A stretch of 63,422 nucleotides of DNA, filler included, from Nemertoderma westbladi (lineage: Eukaryota; Animalia; Xenacoelomorpha), in assembly GCA_032718475.1 (NCBI GenBank). It is 4 parts of 4 records of this genome, joined end to end, with 100 filler letters (N's around TTAATTAATTAA, not from the genome) between each part and the next. Parts side by side here need not be neighbours in the genome. Positions count along the whole stretch, not along the records: positions 17,933 to 39,943 come from JAUCBJ010007495.1; 3 more parts are not named here. One strand, given 5' to 3'. Both the position numbers and the translations under genes were made by a program. Every line of letters begins with the position of its first letter. Position 1 is the stretch's first letter. This document shows, piece after piece, positions 25,522 to 37,724 of this stretch. The notes under the pieces were generated by a model that was not told the DNA's origin, ran no database searches, and saw nothing but the letters and a program-made list of their open reading frames with translations.

Positions 25522-28262
25522 TGTAAGACAGTGATGGATTGTAGGCTCTATAGTGTCATCATAGTCACATTATTTAATTCCATGTTGTACCATTTATTAA
25601 TGTTGTGCAATTTGTTCATCTGCAGTTCATGTTCATGATTTATTCATATTGTGCAATTTATTCATGTTGTGCAATTTATTCATTTATAATAAATCTAAAT
25701 ACATTCGTATAATAATAATAATTAAATATAATTAAATTATTAATATCGCACCCTTGTTCACCCAACTCAAAAAGAGCAAATTGTCCTAAATAGGTTGATT
25801 GTGTCCCATATAGGGTGTTTGTGTCCCATGTAGGGTTTTTGTATCCATATAGGATGTTTGTCTCCCAAATAGCGTGTGACTTTCTCAAAATGATTTCAAA
25901 TAGGTTCTAAATGTAATGGAATACTCAAAAGAATATAGAATTCATTATCATAGCTTTAATTTCAATTTGTCCCAAATAGGTTGTCTGTGTCCCATATATG
26001 GTGTTTGTGTCCCATATAGGGTGTTGGTGTCCCAAATAGCGTGTGACTTTCTCAAAATGATTTCAAATAGGTTCTAAATGTAATGGAATACTCAAAAGAA
26101 TATAGAATTCATTATCATAGCTTTAATTTCAATTTGTCCCAAATAGGTTGTCTGTGTCCCATATAGGGTGTTTGTGTCCCATATAGGGTGTTGGTGTCCC
26201 AAATAGCGCGTGACTTTCTCAAAATGATTTCAAATAGGTTCTAAATGTAATGGAATACTCAAAAGAATATAGAATTCATTATCATAGCTTTAATTTCAAT
26301 TTGTCCCAAATAGGTTGTCTGTGTCCCATATAGGGTGTTTGTGTCCCATATAGGGTGTTGGTGTCCCAAATAGCGTGTGACTTTCTCAAAATGATTTCAA
26401 ATAGTTTCTAAATGTAATGGGAATGCTCAAAAGAATATTGAATTCATTTTCCTAGCTTTGATTTAAATTTGCCCCAAATAGGTTGTTTGTGTACCATATA
26501 GGGTGTTTGTGTCCCAAAATGCCTAGCTTTCTCAAAATGATTTCAAATAGTTCATAAATGTAATGGAATACTGAAAAGAATATCGAATTATAGCTTTAAT
26601 TCCAATAGCTATATGTTCTAGAACATTATACTTTTTATTTTAATTATGTTCTAGAATAGTATATAATACTTTTCTATTGTTCCTGACCTCTTCAACGTTG
26701 CCATAGTAACAATGATATCTGGTATATGTTTTAAAAATGTAGTGCTATACGGAGATTTAGCCTAAAAAAAAGTAGAAAAACTAGCTTGTATAAAAAATAA
26801 AAATTGTGTTCTAGAACAAAAATATTTTTCACAATTGATAGCCAACAGGTGTTCTATAATAATTTTAAAAAATTAGCAAAAACTAGCTTGTATAAAATGT
26901 TAATATCTAATAAATCATGTTTTTAAAAATTACTAGCTAGTCGATTAGCTAATGTTCTAGAACACAATATTTATTTTGAGAAATGTTGCAATGAAGTCAG
27001 TGTTGATATTACTATGCAAAAGTACATCATTTCATTAATTAATATCACAATATCAAATGCGACTGCATACGGAACTCTAGCCGATATTTTGTATGTCTTA
27101 ATTCAGTGCAACCCCACCCCCCTCTGAATCTTAATGAAATTGAGTGGAATATTCGCATTCTGAAGTGGCAAGTTTTAGCATCGTCTCGAGGCTATTCAAT
27201 TGCTAAACAATCTACTGTAGAACAATCTAAAAAATAAATGTAATAAAAACTGTGTCCTAATAGCAGATAGGAGGGGTTAAAATAACATGCCACTGTAATC
27301 TGCTCCTTTCCCTAAATTGAGAATTTAACATTGAAGCGGGATATTAATTCGCCAAGGCGGGTTTTGCGTCCAGTTTCCCCCCTGTCTCCCTAAAAGAGAG
27401 TAATTAATTAGACTCAATAAAACACCTTTCAAACGATTGTAGTTAAAGATTGAAAGCGAAAACAAATATTCTGACGCGTTAAGATTTATAGAATAATAAT
27501 TGGTGGCCAAGTCACTGAATTAAGACACAATAATTCCAGGAGATGGCGTAGGTACGCACCAAAGAAGTGGAACTGGCATTTACCAATAATATATAAAAAT
27601 AGCTATTAAAATAAGTTGTTTCAAAATTATAATACTTGACTATTGAAATGAATCATAAAAAATGTTCTAGAAAACTTTTATTATAAAATCCTTCAAAAAT
27701 AAAATAAATGATTTTAAAAACGTGTGCCTACTAAATTTAGTAGGTAGAATGCAGCTTTCATGGTCGTATATATAGTAGGTCATCCAGGGTTTTTGTCTCC
27801 CATATGGTGTTTTTGTCCCAAATAGCGTGTGACTTTCTCAAAATGATTTCAAATAGTTTCTAAATGTAATGGAATACTAATAAAAAGAATATAGAATTCA
27901 TTATCATAGCTTTAATTTAAATTTGTCCCAAATAGGTTGTTTGTGTCCCATATAGGGTGTTTGTGTTCCCGTATAGGGTGTGAATTGCTTATAATGATTT
28001 TAAATAGTTTCTAAATGTAATGGAATACTCAAAAGAATATTGAATTCATTATCATAGCTTTAATTCCAATTTGTCCCCAAATAGGTTGTTTGTGTCCCAT
28101 ATAGGGTGTTTTTGTTCCATATAGGGTGTTTTTTACCCAAATAGAATGTGACCTTCTCAAAATGATTTCAACAAGGTTCTGAATGTAATGGAATACTCAA
28201 AAGAATATACTGTAGAATTCATTATCATAGCTTTAATTTCAATTTGTCCCAAATAGGTTGTC
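25522..28262 (+). mobile_element. Second foldback copy: left terminus plus satellite blocks (25780-26600 and 27790-28262), interrupted
   Basis: Begins TGTAAGACAGTGATG, inverse of the end at 22771. 167-bp period at 25921/26088/26255. Confidence 0.65.
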
Positions 28263-29769
28263 ATCGTAAATGACACCGTATTCAAACTAACCCACTAACT
28301 TAATGTGTAAAGTGCTGCTTGTAGCTTTGCTTTACTCTTTGTATGTACAATAGCCCAATACCAGTGGAAGAGTTACATTCCCATCATAGTTAGCAATGAA
28401 GCTAAAAATAGCTCAATACAGTAGGGACAGACAACACTTCACCTTTGTGAAATGGGACAGATCTGTAGTGCGGGGTAATGTTCCCACTGATGTATCTTGC
28501 AGTTTATCACTCAATAACCAATAAAGTCCGTTGGGAAAGTAGCAAAGCTTTTACAAATCAGGGGCGGGGGTCAAAAAGCTGCTGTTGATATTAATAATGG
28601 AGACATTACAAACTTATGTAAATTGCTACAATGCTAATGCTAGCTTGATCAATAACTTAATAGTATTAATGTATATATATATATATAATAACTTAATAGT
28701 TATCTGCATTGCCGAATATCATCCCTCAGGAATCGGTGACGCCATACATGGGAGTATGCCGGCTTCATTGGCCAGAAGACACGGCGATGCGACCTGTCAA
28801 GGGTGGTCGAGGTGGTGGTGTGCCAATAGATCCTCCATCGGTGTTCGATGTTCCTCCATCGATGATTCCAACTCCTCCAAAGCCACGACCTACAAAAATG
28901 TTGAAACACGGAATATCTTACCGGATGAACTCGAGGATTTTCTTTTAATTGATAAGATAAAATATAATGGGTCTCATGAGTTTAGTTTGGAAATTAAACA
29001 TCACTTTCAAACTGAATATAAGTGCGATATTCTCCTACCGGTACAGTCGCCTCATGGAAATCGAACTGGCCCTGTTCCTAAATGGACTATTGAGTTTAAC
29101 AAGCTGGCAAGCCTGGAGGGTTCACGGTCCTCCTACTTAATCAGTACAATAATAATACGTTTTCGTTCGGGTAGGCCTATGTTTCCTTTTCACTTGTTCC
29201 CATCGTAGGCGACCTCATGCTCATCCCACCACGACCACGACCACCAGTTACGAGTTGGGTAGGCGTCTACCGGCAACCGGTAAGTAATTACGCGCCACAC
29301 GACGTCATCCCGCCATCCGCCAACATTTATACCGGTACGGTAAGCCTACCACCTACCGGCTGGCTACCATCGCACCGTAGGTCTACCGCCTACGCCTACC
29401 GGTCAACCGGTAACGGTAGGCTACCGCGTACCGGTACAGCGGTACTCAAAGTCGTACCGGTATTGTCGTAATTGACAAATGCAGGATTAAACCGTAACCC
29501 GTTCCGGTACCGGTACCATATGCATCTGAACGACTGGACGGTTAATCTCATAGCATAGCTGCATAGGCCTACCGGTAGTCAGTGCGAAGTCGCCTGCGAA
29601 CATGGCGAAATATTATATTCACTGCTAGGGCTAGGCTAGGACCTACCAGCCTACTGCTGTACTGACCTATGACAGTATGAAGATAGGCAGATATGCCTAC
29701 AGTGGTCAGGTAGTACCGGTCCGGTATGCCTACTACAGGCAGACAATCAGACAGTACTAGCAGTGCTAA

Positions 29770-30095
29770 TTAATTACCTTAATTAAATCTTCAATTAGGT
29801 CATAATGTAGGTCCAAATTTAAAAATCGGCCTCCGTTAATCGATTTAGAAATAATTCAGGTACCTCCATGCCAAATATCAGAATCATTCATTGCGTTCCC
29901 TATGACAAGATAGCTTTTTCCTAAACCATGCGAAAACACGCAAATATAGCGCTCACATCGCACAAATACCATCTCGACACCCAATTTTTTGTATGAGCCT
30001 TCGCCATCCCTATATCTAACTTTTGTCCAAATTTTGTTTCGATTGATTAATAAATAACTGAGATATCGCTCTGGACACACACACACACACACACA
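29770..30095 (+). mobile_element. HINE/Helentron-like fragment ending in (CA)n, the target of the CACTA insertion
   Basis: CCAAATTTTGTTTCGATTG...GAGATATCGCTCTGGACACACAC, the usual core-plus-microsatellite layout. Confidence 0.45.
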
Positions 30096-31073
30096 CACTG
30101 TAAAAAATAAATAGCCTTTTCACCATAAAAAGGTCGCGTATAGCCCTGCTGCACCTCATTTACGGTAAAATGTATTAAACAAATTAATGCAAAGTCCATA
30201 AATAATATATGGCTAAAGCTGGTTTATTTCTTGTGATTCACCATAAAATATTTACGGCAAAATAGGAGCTGCTCTGCTATAATATAGGCGGTAAACCTCT
30301 ATAATAAAGTTATGGCGAAAATCTGTGGATTTCCTGGTTCGCCATAAAATAATTATGGTGAAATTGACCCGCTGTATTTAGTCCACCATGGAACATGTTA
30401 TGGCTAAAATACGTTTATATCTGGTGATTCACCATGTACATGCTATGATTTTTGCTATGGGGGTATTCCTGGTCACTGATTTCATTTCGAGGTCAGTTTT
30501 CACTTTTAGTGAAATCTAGTTTTTCTGTATGTCTCTCTGTCGGTCTTTCGGACTATCTGACAATCTATCCGTCGAATATGAAGGACACACCATCGATATA
30601 AAAGTTTAGTTATAGGGGTTTTCCTGTTCGCAGAATTCATTTCTATTGTCAGTTTTATCGTTTGATGATTTCCAAATTGTCTGTTTGGCTGTCTGTTATA
30701 TTTTGACGGACAGACATACAAACAAAAACGACAAGGCCAAATTTGAATACTGACATCAGAAATGAAGTCACCGACCAAGAAAACCCATATATAGGAATTT
30801 TTTTTAGATAGATAGTATTCTTTTTATTGACGGGCAGACCGACAGTCCATCGGATAGAGAATAATTTCAAGAAGTATGACAGATCTTGCTAAACCGTTTT
30901 CAAATTTGGAATCTTGATATAAATCTGCTCTAGATGAAATATGGAAAACTTCTTTTAAAACTAAATAAACTAATATTGCAATTCATTGTTAAACAAATTG
31001 ACAAATAACATAGTAAACAATAACATGACAAATAACGTGCTAACAAATATTGCAAAACATTGTTATTTCATGA

Positions 31074-33852
31074 CTAATATTGAAAAACATTGTTCCTAAG
31101 TCGCCCAGCCTGAGAGTTTTTTATTACTTTATGACCAGTTATCAAACTTGCAATAAACTCAAAAAAACCATTTGGGAAAACGAAATTAAAAGCGTAAATA
31201 AGGCCTAAAGTAAATAAAATAGCGTTGTCAAAGCCATCCATGACCTTTGCGATAGTGTGTCCCTCGAATGTTATTACGGTATTTATATATTCGTTTTCCT
31301 CAGGGTCGAATACGACAATCAGTTTAATTGGTTGCCCAGTTACATTAACGGCCTCAACATTGTCCGATGTAGAGTCAACATTGTCCTGCCAAACGGTTGT
31401 CGGTTGTCGTAGCTCCGAAGTGTCATCATCATCTTCATCCCCAAGTAATAAAGATGCCTCTTCCTGATGAACATGAATAACAACAATTAATGTTATGAAG
31501 TTGTATTAAATAAGGGGGTGCGTGTGGGTACACCCCCCCCTTCGGTAAAATTTTCACATTTTCGGTTTTTATTTCATCATATGCACAATTTAATGACGAT
31601 TTCAAATCTTCAAAATTATTATCAAGATCTTTTTAGCGATAACTTTCTTTCTAACAGTTTGTCCGTCGAAATTTAAGAAGACATCTATACAAACATACCG
31701 CCAGACAGACAAATTAGATATCAATCCCCCCCCCCCCCCCCCCGTTATATTGATATCTCAACCGCACTGGAGACATAAACAAGTTAAAAAAAACCCATAG
31801 GTGGGTTACCACACCTTAAGTGATAATTATAGTGACCTACAAAATTGTATATGTATATTTATATATGTGTATAGACCCCCTACCGCTCCAAAGTAAGTTT
31901 ATTCGTATATCCACGGTAGGGGGCGTACCGTACAGATAGACCCCCTATACCGCTCCAAAGTAAGTTTATTCGTATATCCATGGTAGGGGGCGTACCGTAC
32001 AGATAGACCCCCTATACCGCTCCAAAGTAAGTTTATTCGTATATCCACGGTAGGGGGCGTACCGTACAGATAGACCCCCTATACCGCACCAAAGTAAGTT
32101 TATTCGTATATCCACGGTAGGGGGCGTACCGTACAGATAGACCCCCTACCGCTCCAAAGTAAGTTTATTCGTATATCCATGGTAGGGGGCGTACCGTACA
32201 GATAGACCCCCTATACCGCACCAAAGTAAGTTTATTCGTATATCCACGGTAGGGGGCGTACCGTACAGATAGACCCCCTACCGCACCAAACATATATATA
32301 AACACATATATGTACATATATGTGTATTTATTTATATATGTGTATGTATATTTATACACCACCAATCAACAGCGTGGTCTAGTAAGTGGTGTGTGGTGAC
32401 ATCCCTGTGCTTCAAATCAGGACGGCCTGGTTCAATCCCTAGATTAGGCAGCACAGTTTGGATACAATAATGTGGTAAAGCTTAGGCCTTTATAAAAAAA
32501 AAGCTAATATAAAAAATATATATAAACATAGCCTTCAACTCACCACAGGAAGAAAAGTGACTGAACCGCCTCCAAAATACTCTCCCAATCCTAGAAGTAT
32601 TCTCGCTCTCTCGTTAAATCCCCACTCACTAGCACGGGAAATTTCTCTTGATATGACCTCTCGCCTTGTCCTAGGCGTGACACCTTTGAATATTTTTACT
32701 ATATTGACAATATGTGGATCAAATTGGGCGTAGCTTAGTTCCACGAGCGTTAGCATCTTGAACTCTTGTTTAACCTTGTGAAGGAGAGAAGCAATGTATA
32801 TATAAATGTAAATAAACAGCTAAAAAAAATGATCACTACTCTATCTTTACCTACTTCCTTTTCACAATTACCATATAATCGACCAGTAAGCAAACAATAA
32901 TCATAAATTATGGATAATAGTTATATGGGAAAAATTCAACCTTAAGTACTCAACTAACAATTTCCATCCGCAATAGTGCTGGGTACACTTTCAAAATATC
33001 CGCAACCGACGGTGATTCGGATACAACATATTCTCGCCTTCTTGAATACGTTGCAGCCATTGCTGTAATTAGTGATGGCAGAGACGGCTGATCATCAGCC
33101 ATGGCAGCCATAGCCTGGTCTTCCTCTATAAGCGATGTGGGTTTTCCTGGAAGAAAATTCACTACACCAAGTTTTCCTTTTTTAATGCCTTTGTTGGGAC
33201 TCACACCTTTCCGTTTTCCAGCATTGACGCTTACTTCAGGTACTCCTAATTGCACCATCTCTCGCCTGTAGTCGGACATCCGACTTTGTAATTTTAGTAC
33301 CCAAAGTTGAATCCCTGTTTTATCGAGAGGATCTTTCGATTTAAGTACAGGAAATTTCTCAACCAACAACCCTGCCACAAATTCGAACTGGTATTGCTTT
33401 GGATATGGGGCGAATTTAAACATTTCCTGTACCAGTGGGGTCAACAAGGAAGACTTTAGCTTCTTCATACATACTAGTTCCGAAACCTCTTTGAGGCCAT
33501 CTATCCGCTTCACCACATCCAGCCCGTAGTCTGGAAAAGAAAATGTACATTCAAAGGCTGCCGAAGTATGCTGCCGAAGGCCGAGCCTGAGACTATCCGA
33601 TGGGCGAGCATCTTCCCCATGCTGATTTAGATTAACACTGCCACTAGCGATTGGAACATTGCCACTAGCAATTGCGTCCTGTCGTGCCGACTTTACCAGC
33701 CACTGCTGAGCAACTTGGAATTTTAACGATAATAATGTCTCCTCAGGTATTAATTGAAGAACTTGTATACTATTAATACCTGCATCTTCAAATTTATTAA
33801 CAGTATCATCTGTAAATGAGTATCTTGCCAGGAACTCATTCCATGCTTCCAT
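31074..33852 (-). CDS. EnSpm ORF2, SAM-domain/SAMD3-like protein; exons 33852-32959, 32774-32544, 31463-31074; ~504 aa
   Basis: Phase-0 GT-AG introns (GTTAGT..CACAAG; GTGAGT..CATCAG) join YPALLRMEI|VKQEFKMLT and FLPV|EEASL...FTLGLIYAFNFVFPNGFFEFIASL...FQY*. N-terminal SAM-like segment. Confidence 0.8.
31870..32290. repeat. 65-67-bp tandem repeat (~6 copies) with an internal hairpin, in ORF2 intron 2
   Basis: GGTAGGGGG...CCCCCTA(TA)CC in each unit. Confidence 0.9.
32370..32450 (+). mobile_element. tRNA-derived SINE-like head
   Basis: A-box-like GCGTGGTCTAGT and B-box GGTTCAATCCC; no clean cloverleaf. Confidence 0.45.
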
Positions 33853-34001
33853 TATAAAGATAAACCTCAGAATATCATAAATATACAATGCAACAATAGT
33901 TTCAATTAATTACACGATACACATTCGGCCTAAGCTTTATACAGATTAATATCCCTGTATCCATGATGAGGTAAAATTGTGACACACCAACAATATAGAT
34001 G

Positions 34002-36782
34002 TTATTGTAAGTTTACACAACTGACTACTTCCCCCAAGTTAAATATATGTTTATGCTTTCGTGGAATACAGAATGAATGACTTTTATGTTTATACCCATG
34101 TAAGGGGTAGTAATCAAACAAGTCCAAATCCAGTTTACCTTCGAGCACAATACACTTATCATATCGAATAAAGTTAGTCAAAACATGCATATGCAACGCG
34201 TCATTTAGTTCATAATCATAGGCTTTACAAATAATATATATATGTGTAACAGTCTTAGGAAAAATATAGAGAATTTCCCAATACTCATTTGTTTTAATAT
34301 TGAACAAATATTGACCTAGTTTGTACTGAGTACCAAAACTAGTTATTGCCCTGCAAGATTTTAATGATGTACAGTTGTTGTTACCGATTACTAAATTTGA
34401 ATTGAGCATCTCTATAATGTCATTAGGAAGATGGTTTAGAGCAGACAACTTCTGCGATTGGATTGGCGACAATGATGGAATTGCATTCGAAGTGAGGGTC
34501 CCAGTTTCAATGAAATATGTGACCTGCATCTGGTGCCTCTCAGCCATAGTCTTTAAGGGGTTAATGAAGTTTGCTGTCTTTGTAACTAGTTTTTTGAAAT
34601 AAGAATGCTTTGCTTCATTCCGAAAAACGCTATACTGCGCTAAAGGTCCATACTTTAAAAACAAACTGGGATAATGGTCTAGGAAGTGATGCTTAGGTTT
34701 TAGAGAATAATCTGGAAAACAATGCTTGTAAAGAAGTTTATGTTCTCTAATAAGCCCGCTTAGCAATATGACGTCATTTTGTGTTACAGCCGGAGCAAAG
34801 ACTATTTCAATTATGTCCTTAAGTAGCAATAAAATTTCCCAGTATAGAAGTTCAGAATGGATGATGTCATTTTCGAAAATAATAGGAATAAATCTTAATA
34901 GAGTTCGTATTTCAGCTGCAGTGCCATGGAAGTTATTGTGATTTGGTTGCAGTGCTGAATATGGCTTATTAAATGCATCTTTACCCATGAAAGGAAAAGT
35001 ATTAATTGCTTGGTTGATGTCAGCTAATGTTAGCATAGAAACATCCGAAGCAGCAATGGCATTGAGACATAAAGAAAGTTCCAGGGAACCTAGTCCCTCC
35101 AGCAGATCATGCATTGGATCAGGTGGGAGCCCTTCTGTAACATGAAAGGATTGTAATTCATTCAACAAGCAACTATTTTTGATGCCAAATATTGATGCAC
35201 TGGAAAAGTCTAGTTGCAAGAGCTGCAATTCATATAAATCCTTAGTCCTATCTACAAAATACATTTCCTGGTTCAGATCTTGTATATCTGAACTCGTGCA
35301 AAGACAAAATCTACATGGATGATGGACATTGGGGGAAAAGGATTCAATAAACCCACCAATAGAATGTGCTCCCAGATTATCTGATGTCAAGTAACAAGCA
35401 ACAACCCTTACTAGTTTACCAGCAAACCTTCCACCAAAGTCGACACCATACTCAAGAACTTTAAGTTCCTCAACCATGGTTTTCAGTATCACATCAAATC
35501 CAAACATCTTCACATCGTCACAATGGGCAATAATAGCAAGATTAATCAGTCTTATAGAAGAACGCATATGCAATGGTAGATTCAAAAGAACCCAATAAAC
35601 AGCACTACATTTATTTTTCTTTCTAGTTGTACCAAGTGGATTTGTAGCACCGAAATCATCATAGTAAAGTCCTATCTTCAAGGTATATTTGTCTGTATCC
35701 TGATAAAATTTGTTACCTTTGTAATATGATCCAGATTCAAAAGACCACAAAACGTAATCATCTGAAGGAAACTCATTACCAAAACATAAGTACTTACAAA
35801 CTTGCTCATTATTTAAAAAAACTGTTAGCATATCTTTTATAGATATGTAATAGTAGAACTTTATCTTTTTACTGGCCAAAGTTGAATTTGACAACATTAT
35901 CTTTGATGGCTGGCAGTAACTTGGCAACTGTTGCAAGAATTGTTTCAACTTATATGAAGTTGATAAGGAGTTATCAATATCATGCAAACTAGATCCAGTA
36001 GGGGAGCAAAATTGTTGAAGAGGAAAATTTGACTGCATTTCATTGCACACATTCTTATCAAAACCATGAAGTTGCTCAAGGTATTCGAATGACAACATGT
36101 TAAGTTGGTTTATATCACCAATCATATTCATTGTTTGCGATTCTGGAACACCGTATATAACATTACATTTCAGGAGGAATAATGCCACACTTGTTTGTAA
36201 TGAAGAATAGCTACAGCTTCTCGACTCTATTAATGTGCTGGATTGGTTACAGAACTGGGACGAAGGAGTAATTTCAGCACATTCATGTTCAGTTGCATCG
36301 AAATTATCATTGCAATCATCAATGCAAACATTAGAATACAAGAACTTATCTTTAAAAAAGGATGATGGGGGTTTTGATTGGTCGAAATATTGAGTAGAAT
36401 GGGTTTTTGAAAGATGAGAACTAAATGTAGATTTACTAACAGATGAATAAGAACAACCTTTAAAGGGGCATTCCTTCAGATCGTCTGAATGTTGAGAATA
36501 AATGTGGCTACGTAAGCTCTGATATGAATCCATAGCGTCAAGACATATGCTGCAATGTAAAGCTAATGGCTGCATATGCGAAGAACTAATGTGAGCCTTC
36601 AATGAATTGAAGTTCTTGGTTTTAAAAAAGCAGTTGTCATAAACACAAGGAAGTGGGGTAACTGAAGCTGAGATCATATGGTCGATCTTATAATGAAGGA
36701 GCAGTTCATTTACGTTACAGTATTTACGGACTCCACACAAGTTGCACACAAACATGGCAGGAGTTATTTCAGAAACCTCCAT
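34002..36782 (-). CDS. CACTA/EnSpm DDE transposase with four N-terminal C2H2 zinc fingers, 926 aa
   Basis: LYYDDFGATNPLG, SDNLGAHSIGGF, HPCRFC, DPMHDLLEG, KPKHHFLDHY, RNEAKHSYFK; uninterrupted ORF. Confidence 0.9.
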   Translation of the reverse strand: MEVSEITPAMFVCNLCGVRKYCNVNELLLHYKIDHMISASVTPLPCVYDNCFFKTKNFNSLKAHISSSHMQPLALHCSICLDAMDSYQSLRSHIYSQHSDDLKECPFKGCSYSSVSKSTFSSHLSKTHSTQYFDQSKPPSSFFKDKFLYSNVCIDDCNDNFDATEHECAEITPSSQFCNQSSTLIESRSCSYSSLQTSVALFLLKCNVIYGVPESQTMNMIGDINQLNMLSFEYLEQLHGFDKNVCNEMQSNFPLQQFCSPTGSSLHDIDNSLSTSYKLKQFLQQLPSYCQPSKIMLSNSTLASKKIKFYYYISIKDMLTVFLNNEQVCKYLCFGNEFPSDDYVLWSFESGSYYKGNKFYQDTDKYTLKIGLYYDDFGATNPLGTTRKKNKCSAVYWVLLNLPLHMRSSIRLINLAIIAHCDDVKMFGFDVILKTMVEELKVLEYGVDFGGRFAGKLVRVVACYLTSDNLGAHSIGGFIESFSPNVHHPCRFCLCTSSDIQDLNQEMYFVDRTKDLYELQLLQLDFSSASIFGIKNSCLLNELQSFHVTEGLPPDPMHDLLEGLGSLELSLCLNAIAASDVSMLTLADINQAINTFPFMGKDAFNKPYSALQPNHNNFHGTAAEIRTLLRFIPIIFENDIIHSELLYWEILLLLKDIIEIVFAPAVTQNDVILLSGLIREHKLLYKHCFPDYSLKPKHHFLDHYPSLFLKYGPLAQYSVFRNEAKHSYFKKLVTKTANFINPLKTMAERHQMQVTYFIETGTLTSNAIPSLSPIQSQKLSALNHLPNDIIEMLNSNLVIGNNNCTSLKSCRAITSFGTQYKLGQYLFNIKTNEYWEILYIFPKTVTHIYIICKAYDYELNDALHMHVLTNFIRYDKCIVLEGKLDLDLFDYYPLHGYKHKSHSFCIPRKHKHIFNLGEVVSCVNLQ

Positions 36783-36923
36783 TACAGCATTACGCTATGC
36801 GCCTATCACATCACAGTTGCAATCAAATGTTTTTATCCTAGACATAACCTAACCTATACATATACAAATATGTATGTCTGTATGTACCAGTAGGCCTACT
36901 TAAGTTTTAATAAGAATTAAGAA

Positions 36924-37026
36924 TTTCAACTTTATTTTTTAAAATTCAACTTTTTATTAAAATTCAACTTTTTATTAAAATTCAACTTTTTATTAAAATT
37001 CAACTTTTTATTAAAATTCAACTTTT
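36924..37026. repeat. 18-bp AT-rich tandem repeat (AAAATTCAACTTTTTATT)
   Basis: 5-6 copies. Confidence 0.85.
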
Positions 37027-37176
37027 GAAGTAGGGCCTACTTGTCCGGTACTGGCATCGGTAGGCCTACGAGGTACCGTCGACACCCTAATGTGGGCATA
37101 CTTTTTTAAAAAAACGGCAATATATTTATTTTAATTTTAAGGGGCCTATCACTAAATATAATTAAATGAAACTTTG

Positions 37177-37724
37177 ACTGTCTGCACCAGGTGTCTGCAC
37201 CAACTGTCTGCACCATTGTCTGCACCAGTGTCCGCACCACTGTCTGCACCAGTCAGCCAGTGTCTGCACCACTGACTGCACCAGTGTCTGCACCACTGTC
37301 TGCACCAGGTGTCTGCACCAGTGTCTGCACCACTGTCTGCAGTCTGCACCACTGTCTGCCTGTCTGCACTAATGTCTGCACCACTGTCTGCACCAGTGTC
37401 TGCACCAGGTGTCTGCATCACTGTCTGCATCACTGTCTGCACCACTGTCTGCACCACAGTCTGCACCAGTGTCTGCACCAGTGTCTGCACCAGTGTCTGC
37501 ACCAGTGTCTGCACCAAAGTCTGCACCACTGTCTGCACCACTGTCTGCACCAATGTCTGCACCAGTGTCTGCACCACTGTCTGCACCAGTGTCTGCACCT
37601 CTGTCTGCACCACTGTCTGCACCAGTGTCGGCACCACTGTCTACACCAGGTGTCTGCATCACTGTCTGCTCTGCACCACTGTCTGCACCACTGTCTGACT
37701 GTCTGCTCTGCACCAGTGTCTGCT
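37177..37724. repeat. 12-bp minisatellite (GTCTGCACCAST)n
   Basis: About 45 copies; produces low-complexity ORFs in several frames. Confidence 0.95.

Noticed and set aside
28585-29208. 207-aa plus-strand ORF
   Set aside because: Non-ATG start, crosses an (AT)n tract and a local duplication, and has no recognisable motif
32370-32450. tRNA gene
   Set aside because: A/B-box-like motifs only, with no consistent cloverleaf or terminator. The same holds for the B-box near 45027
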